34,874 bases of DNA from the NCBI RefSeq assembly GCF_004010195.1, contig NC_057711.1, positions 82,413,872 to 82,448,745 on the forward strand, in the 5' to 3' direction. Of this stretch, positions 23,959 through 34,874 are shown piece after piece. Origin of the DNA: Chiloscyllium plagiosum (Eukaryota). Under the pieces are notes generated by a model that was given only the letters and a program-made list of their open reading frames with translations, made no database searches and had not been told where the DNA came from. Each line of letters begins with the position of its first letter. The stretch's first letter is position 1. A program made the translations under genes and the position numbers.

Positions 23959-24749
23959 AGCTGCATGGAGGAGGTTAATTTTGCAAATAGAAGAAAGTAT
24001 GAGAAAGAGTCCAAATACATTATCTTTGCATATCTCATTGTGCATAACTGAAGCATAACATTGCCATATTTATGCCAATCTATTGTTTTAATATTCCTTC
24101 CAAAATACAGAAATTAGTAGGTCACTCAGCCTTTCGAGTCTATCCCAACAATCAATAAGATCATCAATAATCTAGATGTCAACTCGATTTATCCATCTTT
24201 CCAACCTTTACATTGTGATTTGATAAACACCTGACAATCTCAGTCTTGAATTTATAATTGACTTAATATGGTGAAATTCAGATTTTCACATTTTTGTAAA
24301 AATGCTTCCTGAATTCATTCAAAGACTTAGTCCTAATTATAAGACCTGTCTCAGTTTTTCCCTTCATTTAATCTGTATATATACTTCAGTTATTTCTGTT
24401 CCCATTGACCTAACTTACAGGGGATCCTAATTTAAGCCAACAACAAACCCCAATGTGCAATTCTCTAATGCTTCATAGAAATAATTGATCGGAGAAAACT
24501 TGAAGAGATCTTTAAGGAATTCAACTTCTCACATCCCATTAAGCATTCCCATTATATCCCTACTTTGTTTGTTCATGTGGTCAGGTAATGATGTATGAAA
24601 TGAAGAAAATGAAAGAAAAATCTACATAAACAAAATAACGGAAACAAACAAAAATTACTGTTGCAGTAGAGTGAATTGAAATTTACTGGTACTGTACCAT
24701 TACATAATGGATTAGAGGGTGTTTATAATTTCTCAAACTATGCACATAC

Positions 24750-24880
24750 CTTTCCCTGAGTCCAATTCTGTTTTGTTGTCACCCTTTTCTTGATTGTCCA
24801 TACGGAAACCTTTTTTGAATAACTTTGAGTTGTTAACCACATGGGATGGTTTTTGAGTCCAAGTATGTTTTATTCGGTGC
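24750..24880 (-). CDS. KIF27: KIF27 internal coding exon (131 nt, phase 2 to 1): (R)HRIKHTWTQKPSHVVNNSKLFKKGFRMDNQEKGDNKTELDSGK
   Basis: Not in the ORF track. Acceptor ttttctgctatattag|G and donor GGGAAAG|gtatgt. Open frame, and the phases join both neighbouring exons exactly. TWTQKP resembles recalled KIF27 SWIQKP. Confidence 0.85.
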
Positions 24881-25099
24881 CTAATATAGCAGAAAATGAC
24901 TTTATAATTTGGTTTAAAAATAAAATTATTGTATTTACCATAAGCAAAATTTTATCATGTGAACATTTTGATACAATACACCACATGCAAGTAATCACAG
25001 ACGTTCTGCACCAGACTGGAATTATTCTACAATACAATATAGAAAGTATCGGGGTGATGTGAAAAGGGAAATTACGAAAACAAAGAGAGGATACCAAAA

Positions 25100-26720
25100 T
25101 GCATTAGTCAATAAAGTTACTGAAAATTCAAAAGGTGTTTTATCAGTAGATTAAGAGCAAGAGGATGACCAAAGAAAGGTTTGCGCCTATCAAAGGTATA
25201 CATGATAACTTGTGAGTGGATGCAGAAGATGTGAACTGAGTTCTAAATGAGCATATTTTCTCTGTCTTCATAAAGGTCAGGGATGATTCAGATATTCTAG
25301 TTGAAGTTGAGGACTGTGAAATATTAGATGAAGTCAACATAATGAGAAGTACTGGAAAGACTGACCTCTTTGAAGGGGGCATAAAACACTAGTGCTGGAT
25401 GGAATGTACTGTAAACGTTTTGAAGAGGCCAGGGAGGAAATAGCAGGTATGAAGATCTTTTTCCAACCTTCACGAGATACAGATGAGGATTGGAGATTTG
25501 TGACCATTGTACCATTGTTCAAAAAGAATGCAAGGGACAGGCCAAGTAATTATAGGTTGGCCCTTCCAACCTTGGTGGTAGAAGAAGCTATTAAAATCAA
25601 TACTGAGAGATAGGGTTAACTGTTCAGTGGAAAAGAGTAGATTAAGTGGGGATAGTCAACATAATTTTGTACAGAGAAGCTCATATACTACTAATTTAAT
25701 TGAATTTTTTGAGGAAATACAAGGAGGATTGATGAAAGTAGTGTAGCGGATGTTGTCTGTATGGATTGATTTTATTAAGACATTTGACAAAATCCCACAT
25801 GGAAGATTGTTAAGCAAAGATTCAGGTCCATGGAATGCATGAGATTGTGACGATATGGATTCAAAATTGACAGGAAACAAAGGACAAGAGTCGATGAATA
25901 TTTTTGCACAGTGGTGTTTCACGGGGCTCAGTGATGGGTTGCTTGCTGTTTATGGCATATATTAGTGATTCAGATTTAGATATGGATGATATATTGGGAA
26001 ACCTGCAGAAGACACAAAGAAATTGGCTTAGTACTTGATAGTGAAGAGGATGACTGATGATTGTAGAATGGTATCATTGGTTTGGTTGACTAAGTGGAAA
26101 ATTGACAAATATAATTTAATCTGGAAAAGTGCAAGATAATTTGGTGAGTTAGAGTAAATAGAACAAAGGAATACACAATAAATGGGAAGGTATTGAGAAG
26201 TGTAGGAAAAACAAGAAACCTTGGATTGCATGCGAACAGGTCCTTCAACATAGCAGGACAGGCTGATGTGATGTTAAAGAAGGCATATAGGATACTTTCC
26301 TTCATTGAGTGAAGTATTGAATGCAAAAGTGAAGAAGTAATATCAGAACTGTACAAGACACTGGTTCGGCCACAGCTGAAACATTTGGACAGTTCTCGTC
26401 ACCACATGACAGGAAGGACATAATTGCTGTACAGAGAGTACAGAGGAAATGTACTGTAATATTGCCAGGGCTTGAAAATTGCTGATTATGAGGAAGGATC
26501 GGATAAATTAAGATTGATTTTCTTACTGCAGAGGCAACTGAGGGTAACTTAATTGAGGTACACAAAATAATGAGGTGCTTCAATAGAGAGGTTGGGGAAG
26601 ACTTATTTTCCCTAGTCCTAGTCAATTATCAAGAGCAATAGATTAAAGATGATTGTTAGAAGGATTAGAGGGGGCATGAAAAAACTTTACTTCAACCAGG
26701 GGAGGATGAGAAATGCTCAA
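25100..26720 (+). mobile_element. Old CR1-like LINE ORF2 remnant filling most of one intron
   Basis: EDWRFVTIVPLFKK..RDRPSNYR, KTFDKIPHGRL, LYKTLVRPQL. Confidence 0.8.
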
Positions 26721-26777
26721 CTCATTTAAAAGAAATGTGACTCTGTGCCTGAAGTTAGCAATTTATATTTTTTCTAC

Positions 26778-26959
26778 CTTGAAGGCTGCGTGTTTATGTT
26801 TTCTTTCTTCTTTTCTTCTTCCTCACCATCACTATCATCATCTAATTTATGACGAAGAACCTCATCGTGCTCTTCAAGGTGATCAACTAACATCTGACTG
26901 CGCATTCGAAAACTTGCCACCACTCTGTCAAGAGCATAAGAAGGGGGGCTTGTGTGCAC
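26778..26959 (-). CDS. KIF27: KIF27 internal coding exon (182 nt, phase 0 to 2): VHTSPPSYALDRVVASFRMRSQMLVDHLEEHDEVLRHKLDDDSDGEEEEKKKENINTQPS(R)
   Basis: Acceptor ggacag|GTG and donor TCAAG|gtagaa on the minus strand. Peptide resembles recalled mammalian KIF27 VHTSPPMYSLDRIFAGFRTRSQMLLGHIEEQDKVL. Confidence 0.9.
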
Positions 26960-28342
26960 CTGTCCAGCAATAACAAAAGTCTTCAGTAAATAAATGTTCA
27001 CAGATATTGATGTTACATTTTATTGCAGATCCTGTGCCTGTAATAACAATCGATTGTTATATCTCACACGACCTACATAGAGTAGTCATTATTGCACCAT
27101 TGGTTCATAGATTAGTGCTAACGAACAAACAGCTGTACTGAAATGGATTTATTTTTTTGAAAATGCACAAATGTTCAAACAACATAATAAACTCTGATTT
27201 ATTCAATTAATTAACAATAACTTGAGTTGTTAGAGGTGGCAGGACAGATATAGAGAGTAGTAAACAACAGAATTTTGTTATGGACCAGACCGAATCCCCT
27301 TCAAATAAATCAGGAGATCGCCTAGACCATAACCCTTGTCTTATTTAAAGGCTAGCGTAAGGTGTCGTGTTCCAAATATAATTTGATTGATCACACTATT
27401 CAGCTTTAAGGAAAACACACTTTATTCTTAAACCCAGTTAAAACACAAACAAAATAAAGAAGAATTGGTATAACTTTAACTTATTAGGAAACTTAACAGA
27501 ATTGTTCCAATATAGTAACATCCCATCAACACACACCTGGCACAGGCAAATTCAGTAAAATCGAGTGTGTCACATGCAAAGTTTTTACAGTCCAGGAGTA
27601 AAGAACACCAAGAGAAAATGTGGGCAGCGACACAGAACTTAAGTTTTTCTGCTGTGGCAGAGAGATTTATAGCAACTTCCTGAACCAACTTCAAAACCTC
27701 AACATTGAAAGCTATATTAAACCCTGGTTCTGTGGGAGCCAGCCTTCACCTATTCATGCTGCATCTGCTGTTCTAACATCTGGTACTTTCTTATTAACCA
27801 ACTCTTGACCAGGCCATACATTTGTTTGCAGCTCTTTAGCTTCTGCTGGGATCTCCTTTACCACTTTAATAAACCCCACTGCTTATCCTGTTTTACCAAT
27901 CTGTCTTCCCAATGGTTTTCTTAAACCACCAGCACTGCGACTTCATGTGTTCTACTTTGCTATAGTGAAAACACCTGATGATTTTTTATTTCTCTTCCAT
28001 GCTCATGGGTTTATTTTTTAACTTGTGGTAAACTATCTTTCCCACATACAATGAGATCTCCTTTTCCTTTACGACTTGAAGGCTTCTCCTTTCCCCAATT
28101 TCTATCCCTGACAGAATGAAACTGGTGTCAGAAGCCAAACTCTGATTTATGAACTAACTCAATCATTTGTCATTTTGACTGCTAATCTTGCAGCTTTAAC
28201 TCTGTGCTCTTCCCTAGGAGTTCTCACTACTTTGGGGAGTGAACCTTGAAAATCTGATCTATTTTCAATGCCCTTATCCACCTACCAAAGTTACTTTGTT
28301 TGATCCTTTCAAACTCTATGAATGCTTGGTTAAAAACGAATG

Positions 28343-28540
28343 AAAGAACTGTGGATGCTGGAAATCAGAAACAAAAACAGAAACAGAAATTGCTGCAAAA
28401 GCTCAGCAGGTCTGGCAGCATCTGTGGAGAGAATTCAGAGTTAACGTTTTGGGTCCAGTGACCCTTCCTCTGAGGGTCTGATTTTTGTCCACAGAGGCTG
28501 CCAGACCTGCTGAGCTTTTCCAGCAATTTATGTTTTTGTT
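28343..28540. mobile_element. Miniature inverted Penelope-like pLTR pair nested in gag
   Basis: aaattgctgcaaaagctcagcaggtctggcagcatctgtgga versus tccacagaggctgccagacctgctgagcttttccagcaattt. Decayed hammerhead on the minus strand (gaggaagggtcactggacccaaaacgttaac). Confidence 0.7.
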
Positions 28541-29480
28541 GTTGCTGTTGTTGTGATCTATGTGTACTTGTCTAGGTTCCCTCAGCTTCCTAAAGTGTCT
28601 AAGTTTCTGGCACAAGTTCATATGCATACAAAATTGTTTTTTCTTTCACCTCATTATATTCCCCAGATAACTCCTCTGATAGTGATGCATCACTAGCTTG
28701 AACTATTATTTTGTTTGAATCACCAAAGCCCACATGATCATGGACCATTTCATTTGTTTGATAACTTTCTCAAATGAAATGAAAAGATTTCTACGTCCTT
28801 CTCATCAAAATTTGATAATACTTGGACACTTATAAACAGATCCCTTCAGGTTTTTGGCTATGATTGGGTTTGCTCTTCATTACTGCCCTCATCACTGCTC
28901 CTACCTTCTACCTTTACCATTTCAAGTCGACGTTCCTCTTTCATTGCCAACTTCTGAAGTTCAAAAATCTCTCACTTTCTCCCTCTCTTCTCTCTCTTTC
29001 TCCATTTATACAGCTAGGGCCATCCTGTCGGTTTCTTTCTCCACTGATTTTAATGGGAATTCAAACTCTTTGTTTTCCTTTCTCCTGCCAGGGCTATTCC
29101 TTCCTTTTCTTTTTTCCATGCCATTGCTTCTAATTCAAGCTATTTCATTTGCAATTTAATTTTAGCAATTTCAGTTATTCTGATTGCATTCCTGGCAACT
29201 GTAAACGCTAAGCTATTGCTGCGATTATCTCCCTTTTCCTCTCAGCCACAGGCAACTCCAACTCTAGCTTGCTTGCTAATACAAAAAGTTTTGCCTTACT
29301 CACTTACTGTAAACCCCCCCCAAATGACTTCTTCCACAGCTAGGAAACTTGTGGCCATTCTTATATAAGGCACACCGTATTTAAACCAACTGAATGCAAC
29401 ACCCACAAAATACTCACCATTCACCACTCACTGTCTTTGAGTCCAATAATCCTCTACCCAAACTAGAATTTGAGATTTTG

Positions 29481-29499
29481 ATCCCGATAAGAGCCCCCA
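29481..29499 (-). promoter_or_regulatory. Primer-binding site, tRNA-Pro-like
   Basis: TGGGGGCTCTTATCGGGAT 3 nt inside the 5' LTR, versus canonical PBS-Pro TGGGGGCTCGTCCGGGAT. Confidence 0.75.
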
Positions 29500-30400
29500 A
29501 TTTGTTATGGAACAGACCAAACCCCCTTCAAATATATCAAGGAGATAGTCTATACCCTAACTTCTATCTTATTTAAAGAAAAGTGTAAGGAGTTGTGATC
29601 CAAATGTAATTTGATTGGTTACACTACTCAGCTTTAAGCAAAACATATTTTATACTTATACCCAGTTAAAATATAAACAAAATAAAGAAGAATTGGTATA
29701 ACTTTCACTCTATTGGAAGACTTAACAGAGTAATACATTACTTAACCACTGAATAGTAACTGTTTCAATATAGTGACATCTCATCAACACATACTGGGCA
29801 AAGGCAAATTCAGTAAATTGATTGTCTGTCCATGTGATGTTTCTCCAGTCCACAAGAAAAGAACACCAGTAGAACATTCAGACAGAAAGAGAACTCAAGC
29901 TTTTTACTGTGGCAGAGAGATGTATAGCAGCTTTCAGAACCAACTTCAAAACCCCAAGAATTGAAAGCCAAGTTGAAACCCTGGTTCTGTGGGAGTCTGC
30001 CTCCACCCATTCATGTTGTTTCTATTGCTCTAATTTTAAAAAAGTGCCTCACAAGCTCTTTACTTTATTGGCTTGGAAGAGATAACCACCACCTCTGTCT
30101 CAAAACCTCTCTTCAAACAATAGGACAAAATACACCTCTCAAAGCCATGATATCATCACAATTTTTCAATAAATCTTGTAAAAGTAGCAGTATCCGTCTA
30201 TTGGACGTGGACTCTGGAAATAACATGATTTTATTGTGCCAATGATAAACTCTGTGTGAGATGGCCTCTGCATATTTGCACAGCTGAAAACTTCATCAAG
30301 GCCCTTTAAGTTTCATTTTCATAGAAGATTCTTGCACTTATTTTAGAACACACTTATGAAATTATTAAGATTAGTTCCATTGTGAGCTGCAAATACTCAC

Positions 30401-30460
30401 TGTGGATTTTAGCATTCTAGGGCTAGTTTGGTCAGCAGTTCTTAAATTGATAGTCATGGG
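30401..30460 (-). CDS. KIF27: Candidate 60-nt symmetric KIF27 exon: PMTINLRTADQTSPRMLKST
   Basis: Strong acceptor ttttttatag| and donor |gtgagta. Exactly 20 stop-free codons in phase 0, compatible with the VHTSPP exon. Lies in non-repeat DNA. No recognised homology. Confidence 0.5.
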
Positions 30461-30964
30461 CTATAAAAAATATATATATTTTAAAAGTACTTATTTTTAT
30501 TATGTGGAGCCAAGAGAGCAGAACCTCTTCCTGTGGTATGAAACCTGAACACACCACCTTCCTTATTCTTCAACCAAATCCCACTCAAGACTTAATTATC
30601 ACATGTTTCATTGCCCTGAAGCATCCATGTTGTGGTTTTTGCTGGAATTAAATATTTGATCAGTTATGCACCACTTTTAGACTGTGAATGTACTTGTGCA
30701 TCTTAATATCTTGTTTACCTTGTTCAGCTTTTTTCACGATATCTTTTCTTTCATACTTGCTGTACAATTTTTATTAGCGACACTGAAGTAATATTATAAT
30801 GGATAGTATTGTTAGCTTCATTATTAACCACAAGTCACTGAGTAAGTTGCTGAGGACATCAGAAGAAATTAGTAGAAAAGAGAGAGATTCAGCAGCATGA
30901 GGAAACCTAAAGAGAATTTAGCCAGAAGTGGGAGTGATGAGACTTCGACAGCATATACCACAGA

Positions 30965-32590
30965 GTCGAGAGTATGGTGCTGGAAAAGCACAGCAGGTTG
31001 GGCAGCATCTTAGGAGCTGAGAGATAAATGGGAGTGGGGTGGGGTTCAGAGGAAGGTAGCTGGGAAGCAATGGGTGGATGAAGATGAGAGAGAAGGAGTG
31101 AGGTCAGAGGATGGAGTGATGGATGGGTCCAGGGAGCAGTGCTGAGTTGGAGGCTTGGGACTGGGATAATGTGGGAGGAAGGGGAAATGAGGAAGTGTTG
31201 ATATACACATTTATTCCGTGTGGTTGCAGGGTCCCAAAGCAGAATACGAGGTGTTCCTCCTCCAGGCGTCGGGTGGTAATGGTTTGGCAGTGGAGGAGGC
31301 CCAGGACATGCATGTCCGTGACGGAGTGGGAGGGGGAGTTGAAGTGTTCAGCCACAGGGCAGTGGGGTTGGTGGGTGTGGGTGTCGCCAGAGACTAACCA
31401 CAAACATATGCTATAGGGCCACTGACTCCCACAGCTACCTAGACAACACCTCCTTCCACCCTACCTCCTGTAAAAACACAATCCCTTATTCCTAACTCCT
31501 CCGCCTCCGCCGCATCTGTTCCCAGGATGACAAATTCCATCTCAGAAAGTCCCAGATGGCTTCCTTCTTCCAACTTCCCTTTCTGTGTGGTTGACGATGC
31601 CCTCCAGAGCATTTCCACTACTTCATGCACCACCACCCTTGAACCCCAACCCTCCCAATGCAACAAGGATAGAAGCCCCCTGGTCCTCACCTTCCACCTG
31701 ACCAACCTCCGCATACAATGCATCATCTTCCGCCACTTCCACCACCTACAAACAGACCCCACCACCAGAAATATTTTTCCCTCCCTACCCTTATCAGTGT
31801 TCCGAAAAGACCATTCCCTCCGCAACTCCCTCGTCAGGTCCACATTCCCCACCAGCCCACATCCCATTCCTGGCACCTTTCCCTGCCACTGCAGGAACTG
31901 CAAAACCTGCGCCCACACCACTCCCCTCACCTCCATCCAAGGCCCCAACAAATCCTTCCACATCCATCAGAAATGTACCTGTACCTCGACCAGTGTCATC
32001 TACTGCATCCGTTGCCGGTGTGGCCTCCTCTACATCGGGGAGACAGGAGGTCTTGCGGATCGTTTCAGAGAACATCTCTGAGACACCTGCACCCACCAAC
32101 CCCACAGCCCCGTGTGTGAACATTTCAACTACCCCTCCCACTCCGTCAAGGACATGCAGATCGTGGGCCTCCTTCACCGCCAAACCGTTATCATCCGGCT
32201 CCTGGAGAAGGAACGTCTCATATTCTGCCTTGGGACTCTACAACCACACGGGATAAATGTGAATTTCAACAGTTTCCTCATTTTCCCTACCCCCACATTA
32301 TCCCAGTCCCAAGCCTCCAACTAGGCACCACCATCTGGACCCTTCCATCACTCCCCCGTCTGACCTATCTCCTTCTCCCTCATCTTCATCCAGCCAGCAC
32401 TTTCCCAGCTACCTTTCTCTGAACCCCACCCCCTTCCCATTTATTTCTCAGCCCCGACCCACAAGCCTCATTTCTGATGAACGGCATATGCCCAAAACTC
32501 CTGCCCCTCAGATGCTGCCTGACCTGCTGTGTTTTTCCAGCACTACACTCTCGACTCTGAGCTCCAGCATCTGCAGTCCTCACTTTCTGC
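30965..32590 (+). mobile_element. Penelope-like element (Neptune-type), 5'-truncated with inverted 5' arm; 16-bp TSD
   Basis: CAGCATATACCACAGA at 30949-30964 and 32591-32606. ORF 31527-32081 has PLVLTFH, Zn-finger-like C.CRNCKTC.H and GIY-YIG VIYCIRC.CGLLYIGET...RFREHL. 30961-31393 is an inverted copy of ~32076-32559. Confidence 0.92.
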
Positions 32591-33330
32591 CAGCATATAC
32601 CACAGAACAGTAAACGTTATCCAGCAATGTTTATTGCTGACCCAAAACCCACCTTTCCTTGTTTTATACCCACTCCACAATTAATATAAACCCACCTTTT
32701 AAAACACATTTCCTGTGTTTGTATAATATATTTGAGACCATATTTTTGTATTTTTCTCGGATTTAAATATCATAAAATACACTTTCTTTCATTCAAAAAA
32801 TATTTGGAATTGGTTCTCTTTGATTTTTGATGTAGGAAACTAACTTCCATTTAAGTGTAATAGAAAGATGTTAAGATAAATAAAAACAATTATTGCAACC
32901 AGTGAAGAGGCTGTTAAAAAGTAGGAAAGCCAATCAAGCCTCCTCATTGGTCACAACACTGCATTTATAATAGCTTAATTGAAAATAAGGACTGCTGAGT
33001 ACAAGTTTGAATCTGATTATAAACTAAGTTCTTAAAGACACTGCAATGTGTGCTATTTTATAGTAACTTATTAGTTATCAGCATAATTTTGGGTTGCAGT
33101 TATTTCTATTCCTGGTAATACTGAATATCTTGCCTTTAAACACTGACTGAACCAAAAATAGCCAACAATTAGCTTCATGTCCACCTTTACTGAGATACTG
33201 AAGAAAACTCAATATATAAAACTCATGCCGCGAGTAAAATTCTACTCTTGATACCTTTCTGAAGGAACATGATGTTTGATTGTGTTGTAATTTGCAATGA
33301 AGATAGCTGCTTTGAGGAAATACTGCTGAT

Positions 33331-33762
33331 GTGAGCTATAGAGAGGGGTTGAATAGGCTGGGGCTGTTTTCCCTGAAGCGTCGGAGGCTGAGGAGTGACC
33401 GCATCGAGGTTTATAAAATCATAACGGGCATGGGTAGGATAAATAGACAAAGTCTTTTCTCTGGGGTGGGGAAGTCCAGAAATAGAAGGCATAGGTTTAG
33501 GGCGAGAGGGGAAAGATATAAAAGGGATCTAACGGGCAACTTTTTCATGCAGAGGGTGGTGTGTGTTTGGAATGAACTGCCAGAAGAAGTGATGGAGGCT
33601 GGTATAATTACAGCATTTAAAAGGCAACTGGATGGGTATCAGAATAGGAAAGGTTTAGAGGGATATGGGCCAAGTGCTGGCAAATGGGACTAGATTAGGT
33701 TGGCATGGACGAGTTGGACCGAAGTTCTGTTTCCGTGCTGTACATATCTATGACTCTATGAC
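33331..33762 (+). mobile_element. CR1 3' end
   Basis: LGLFSLKRRRLR, GNFFMQRVV..WNELP, tctatgactctatga tail. Confidence 0.92.
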
Positions 33763-33774
33763 CTGATAAAATTA

Positions 33775-34165
33775 AACAAGCTGGTAATGGACAGGTAGAT
33801 TGTAGATTAAGTTCAATGTGGAATAGTGTGAAGCAATTCATTTTGGGAGGAAGAACATGGAGACAAATATAAAATTAAGGGTACAACTTTAAAAAGAGCT
33901 AAGAATTAGAAGAATCTTGGTGTATATGTGCATTAAGCATTAAATGTGGCAGGACAGTTAGACAGAGCATTTAATACGGCATACAGCATGTAAGACACAC
34001 TGGTTCTGCCTCAGCTGGAATACTGTATCCAGTTCTGGTGCCTCATTTGGTGTGAAAGATGTGACAGCATTGGAGAGACTGAAGAAATTCCAGGAATGAG
34101 GAACTTCAGTCTTGAAGACAGATTGGAGAAGTTAGGTATCTTTTCCCTTGGTTGAGATGGGATCT
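33775..34165 (+). mobile_element. Old CR1-like fragment
   Basis: ctggttctgcctcagctggaatactgtatccagttctgg (LVLPQLEYCIQFW). Confidence 0.65.
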
Positions 34166-34189
34166 CAAAGAAGTAGATCTCATAGCTTC

Positions 34190-34874
34190 GGATGATGTGG
34201 AGTCTGTGTGGGTGGAATTGAGGAACCACAAAGGCAAAAAACCATAGTGGGAGTTATATACAGACCTCCTAACAGTGGTCAGGACCAGGGGCGCAACATG
34301 TACCGGGAAATAGAGAAGGCATGTCAGAAAGGCAAGGTCACAGTGATCATGGGAGACTTCAATATGCAGGTGGACTGGGTAAATAATGTTGCCAGTGGAT
34401 CCAAAGAAAGGGAATTCATGGAATGCTTACAGGATGGCTTTTTGGAACAGCTTGTCATGGAGCCCACAAACGGAGCAGGCTATTCTGGACCTAGTGCTAT
34501 GTAATGAACCAGACTTTATAAAAAATCTTAAAGTAAGGGAACACTTAAGAAGCAGCGATCATAATATGGTTCAGTCTGCAGGTTGAAAGAGAGAAGGCAA
34601 AATTGGATGTAATGGTGTTACAATTAAATAAAGGTAATTATGAGGGCACGAGAGAGGAACTGATGAAAATCAACTGGAATCAGAGTCTAACAGGAAAGAC
34701 AGTAGAGCAAAAATGACAGGAGTTTGTGGGTATAATTGAGGACACAGTACAGAGGTTCATCCCCAAGAAAAGAAAGACTACCTGGGAAGGGATTAGACAG
34801 CCATGGCTGACAAAGGAAGTCAGGAAAACTAGCAAAGAAAAAGAGAGAGCCTATAAAGTGGCCAAGAGCACTGG
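34190..34874 (+). mobile_element. CR1-like LINE ORF2 apurinic endonuclease region, runs off the window
   Basis: VGVIYRPPN, IMGDFN, ILDLVLCN, SSDHNMV. Confidence 0.9.

Larger units (their letters stand above)
27276..30160 (-). mobile_element. Gypsy (Gmr1-like) LTR retrotransposon remnant, gag only
   Basis: 5' LTR 29503-30160 (TG...CA). Partial 3' LTR 27276-~27778. 4-bp TSD ATTT at 27272-27275 and 30161-30164. Gag remnants SFEKVIKQMKW, ILYAYELVPE, and decayed zinc knuckle CFHYSKVEHMKSQCWW (~27926-27975). Confidence 0.85.

Noticed and set aside
32472..32500. Functional hammerhead in the second PLE
   Set aside because: CUGAUGA is present but GAAA is mutated and the cleavage triplet and stem I are deleted.
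33223..33330. Possible further KIF27 exon ending at AG|gtatc (~33255)
   Set aside because: No good acceptor (it abuts a CR1) and no kinesin-like peptide.

Overview
Vertebrate nuclear DNA, almost certainly a shark or other elasmobranch (HE1/V-type SINEs, HER1/CR1 LINEs). The window is an internal part of a minus-strand kinesin-4 gene best identified as KIF27. Six phase-compatible coding exons with canonical AG/GT sites are present (26778-26959, 24750-24880, 23362-23535, 11938-12143, 5239-5436, <1-97), plus a candidate 60-nt in-frame exon at 30401-30460. The introns are packed with retroelements: many CR1 fragments, V-SINEs, an L2-like fragment, a tRNA-headed RT-deleted LINE family, a gag-only Gmr1-like LTR element, a Tigger-like MITE and several Penelope-like (GIY-YIG) elements with minimal hammerhead ribozyme motifs. 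The most unusual structure is a 2,282-bp composite Penelope-like insertion (13480-15761) that splits a CR1 copy and has a 14-bp target-site duplication. It carries 1,186 bp of unrelated DNA between identical 92-bp pseudo-LTR repeats and ends in a 441-bp, ~97.5% identical inverted repeat with a hammerhead core on each strand. This is consistent with Penelope-mediated capture or transduction of host DNA. Homology calls rest on recalled motifs, not database searches.
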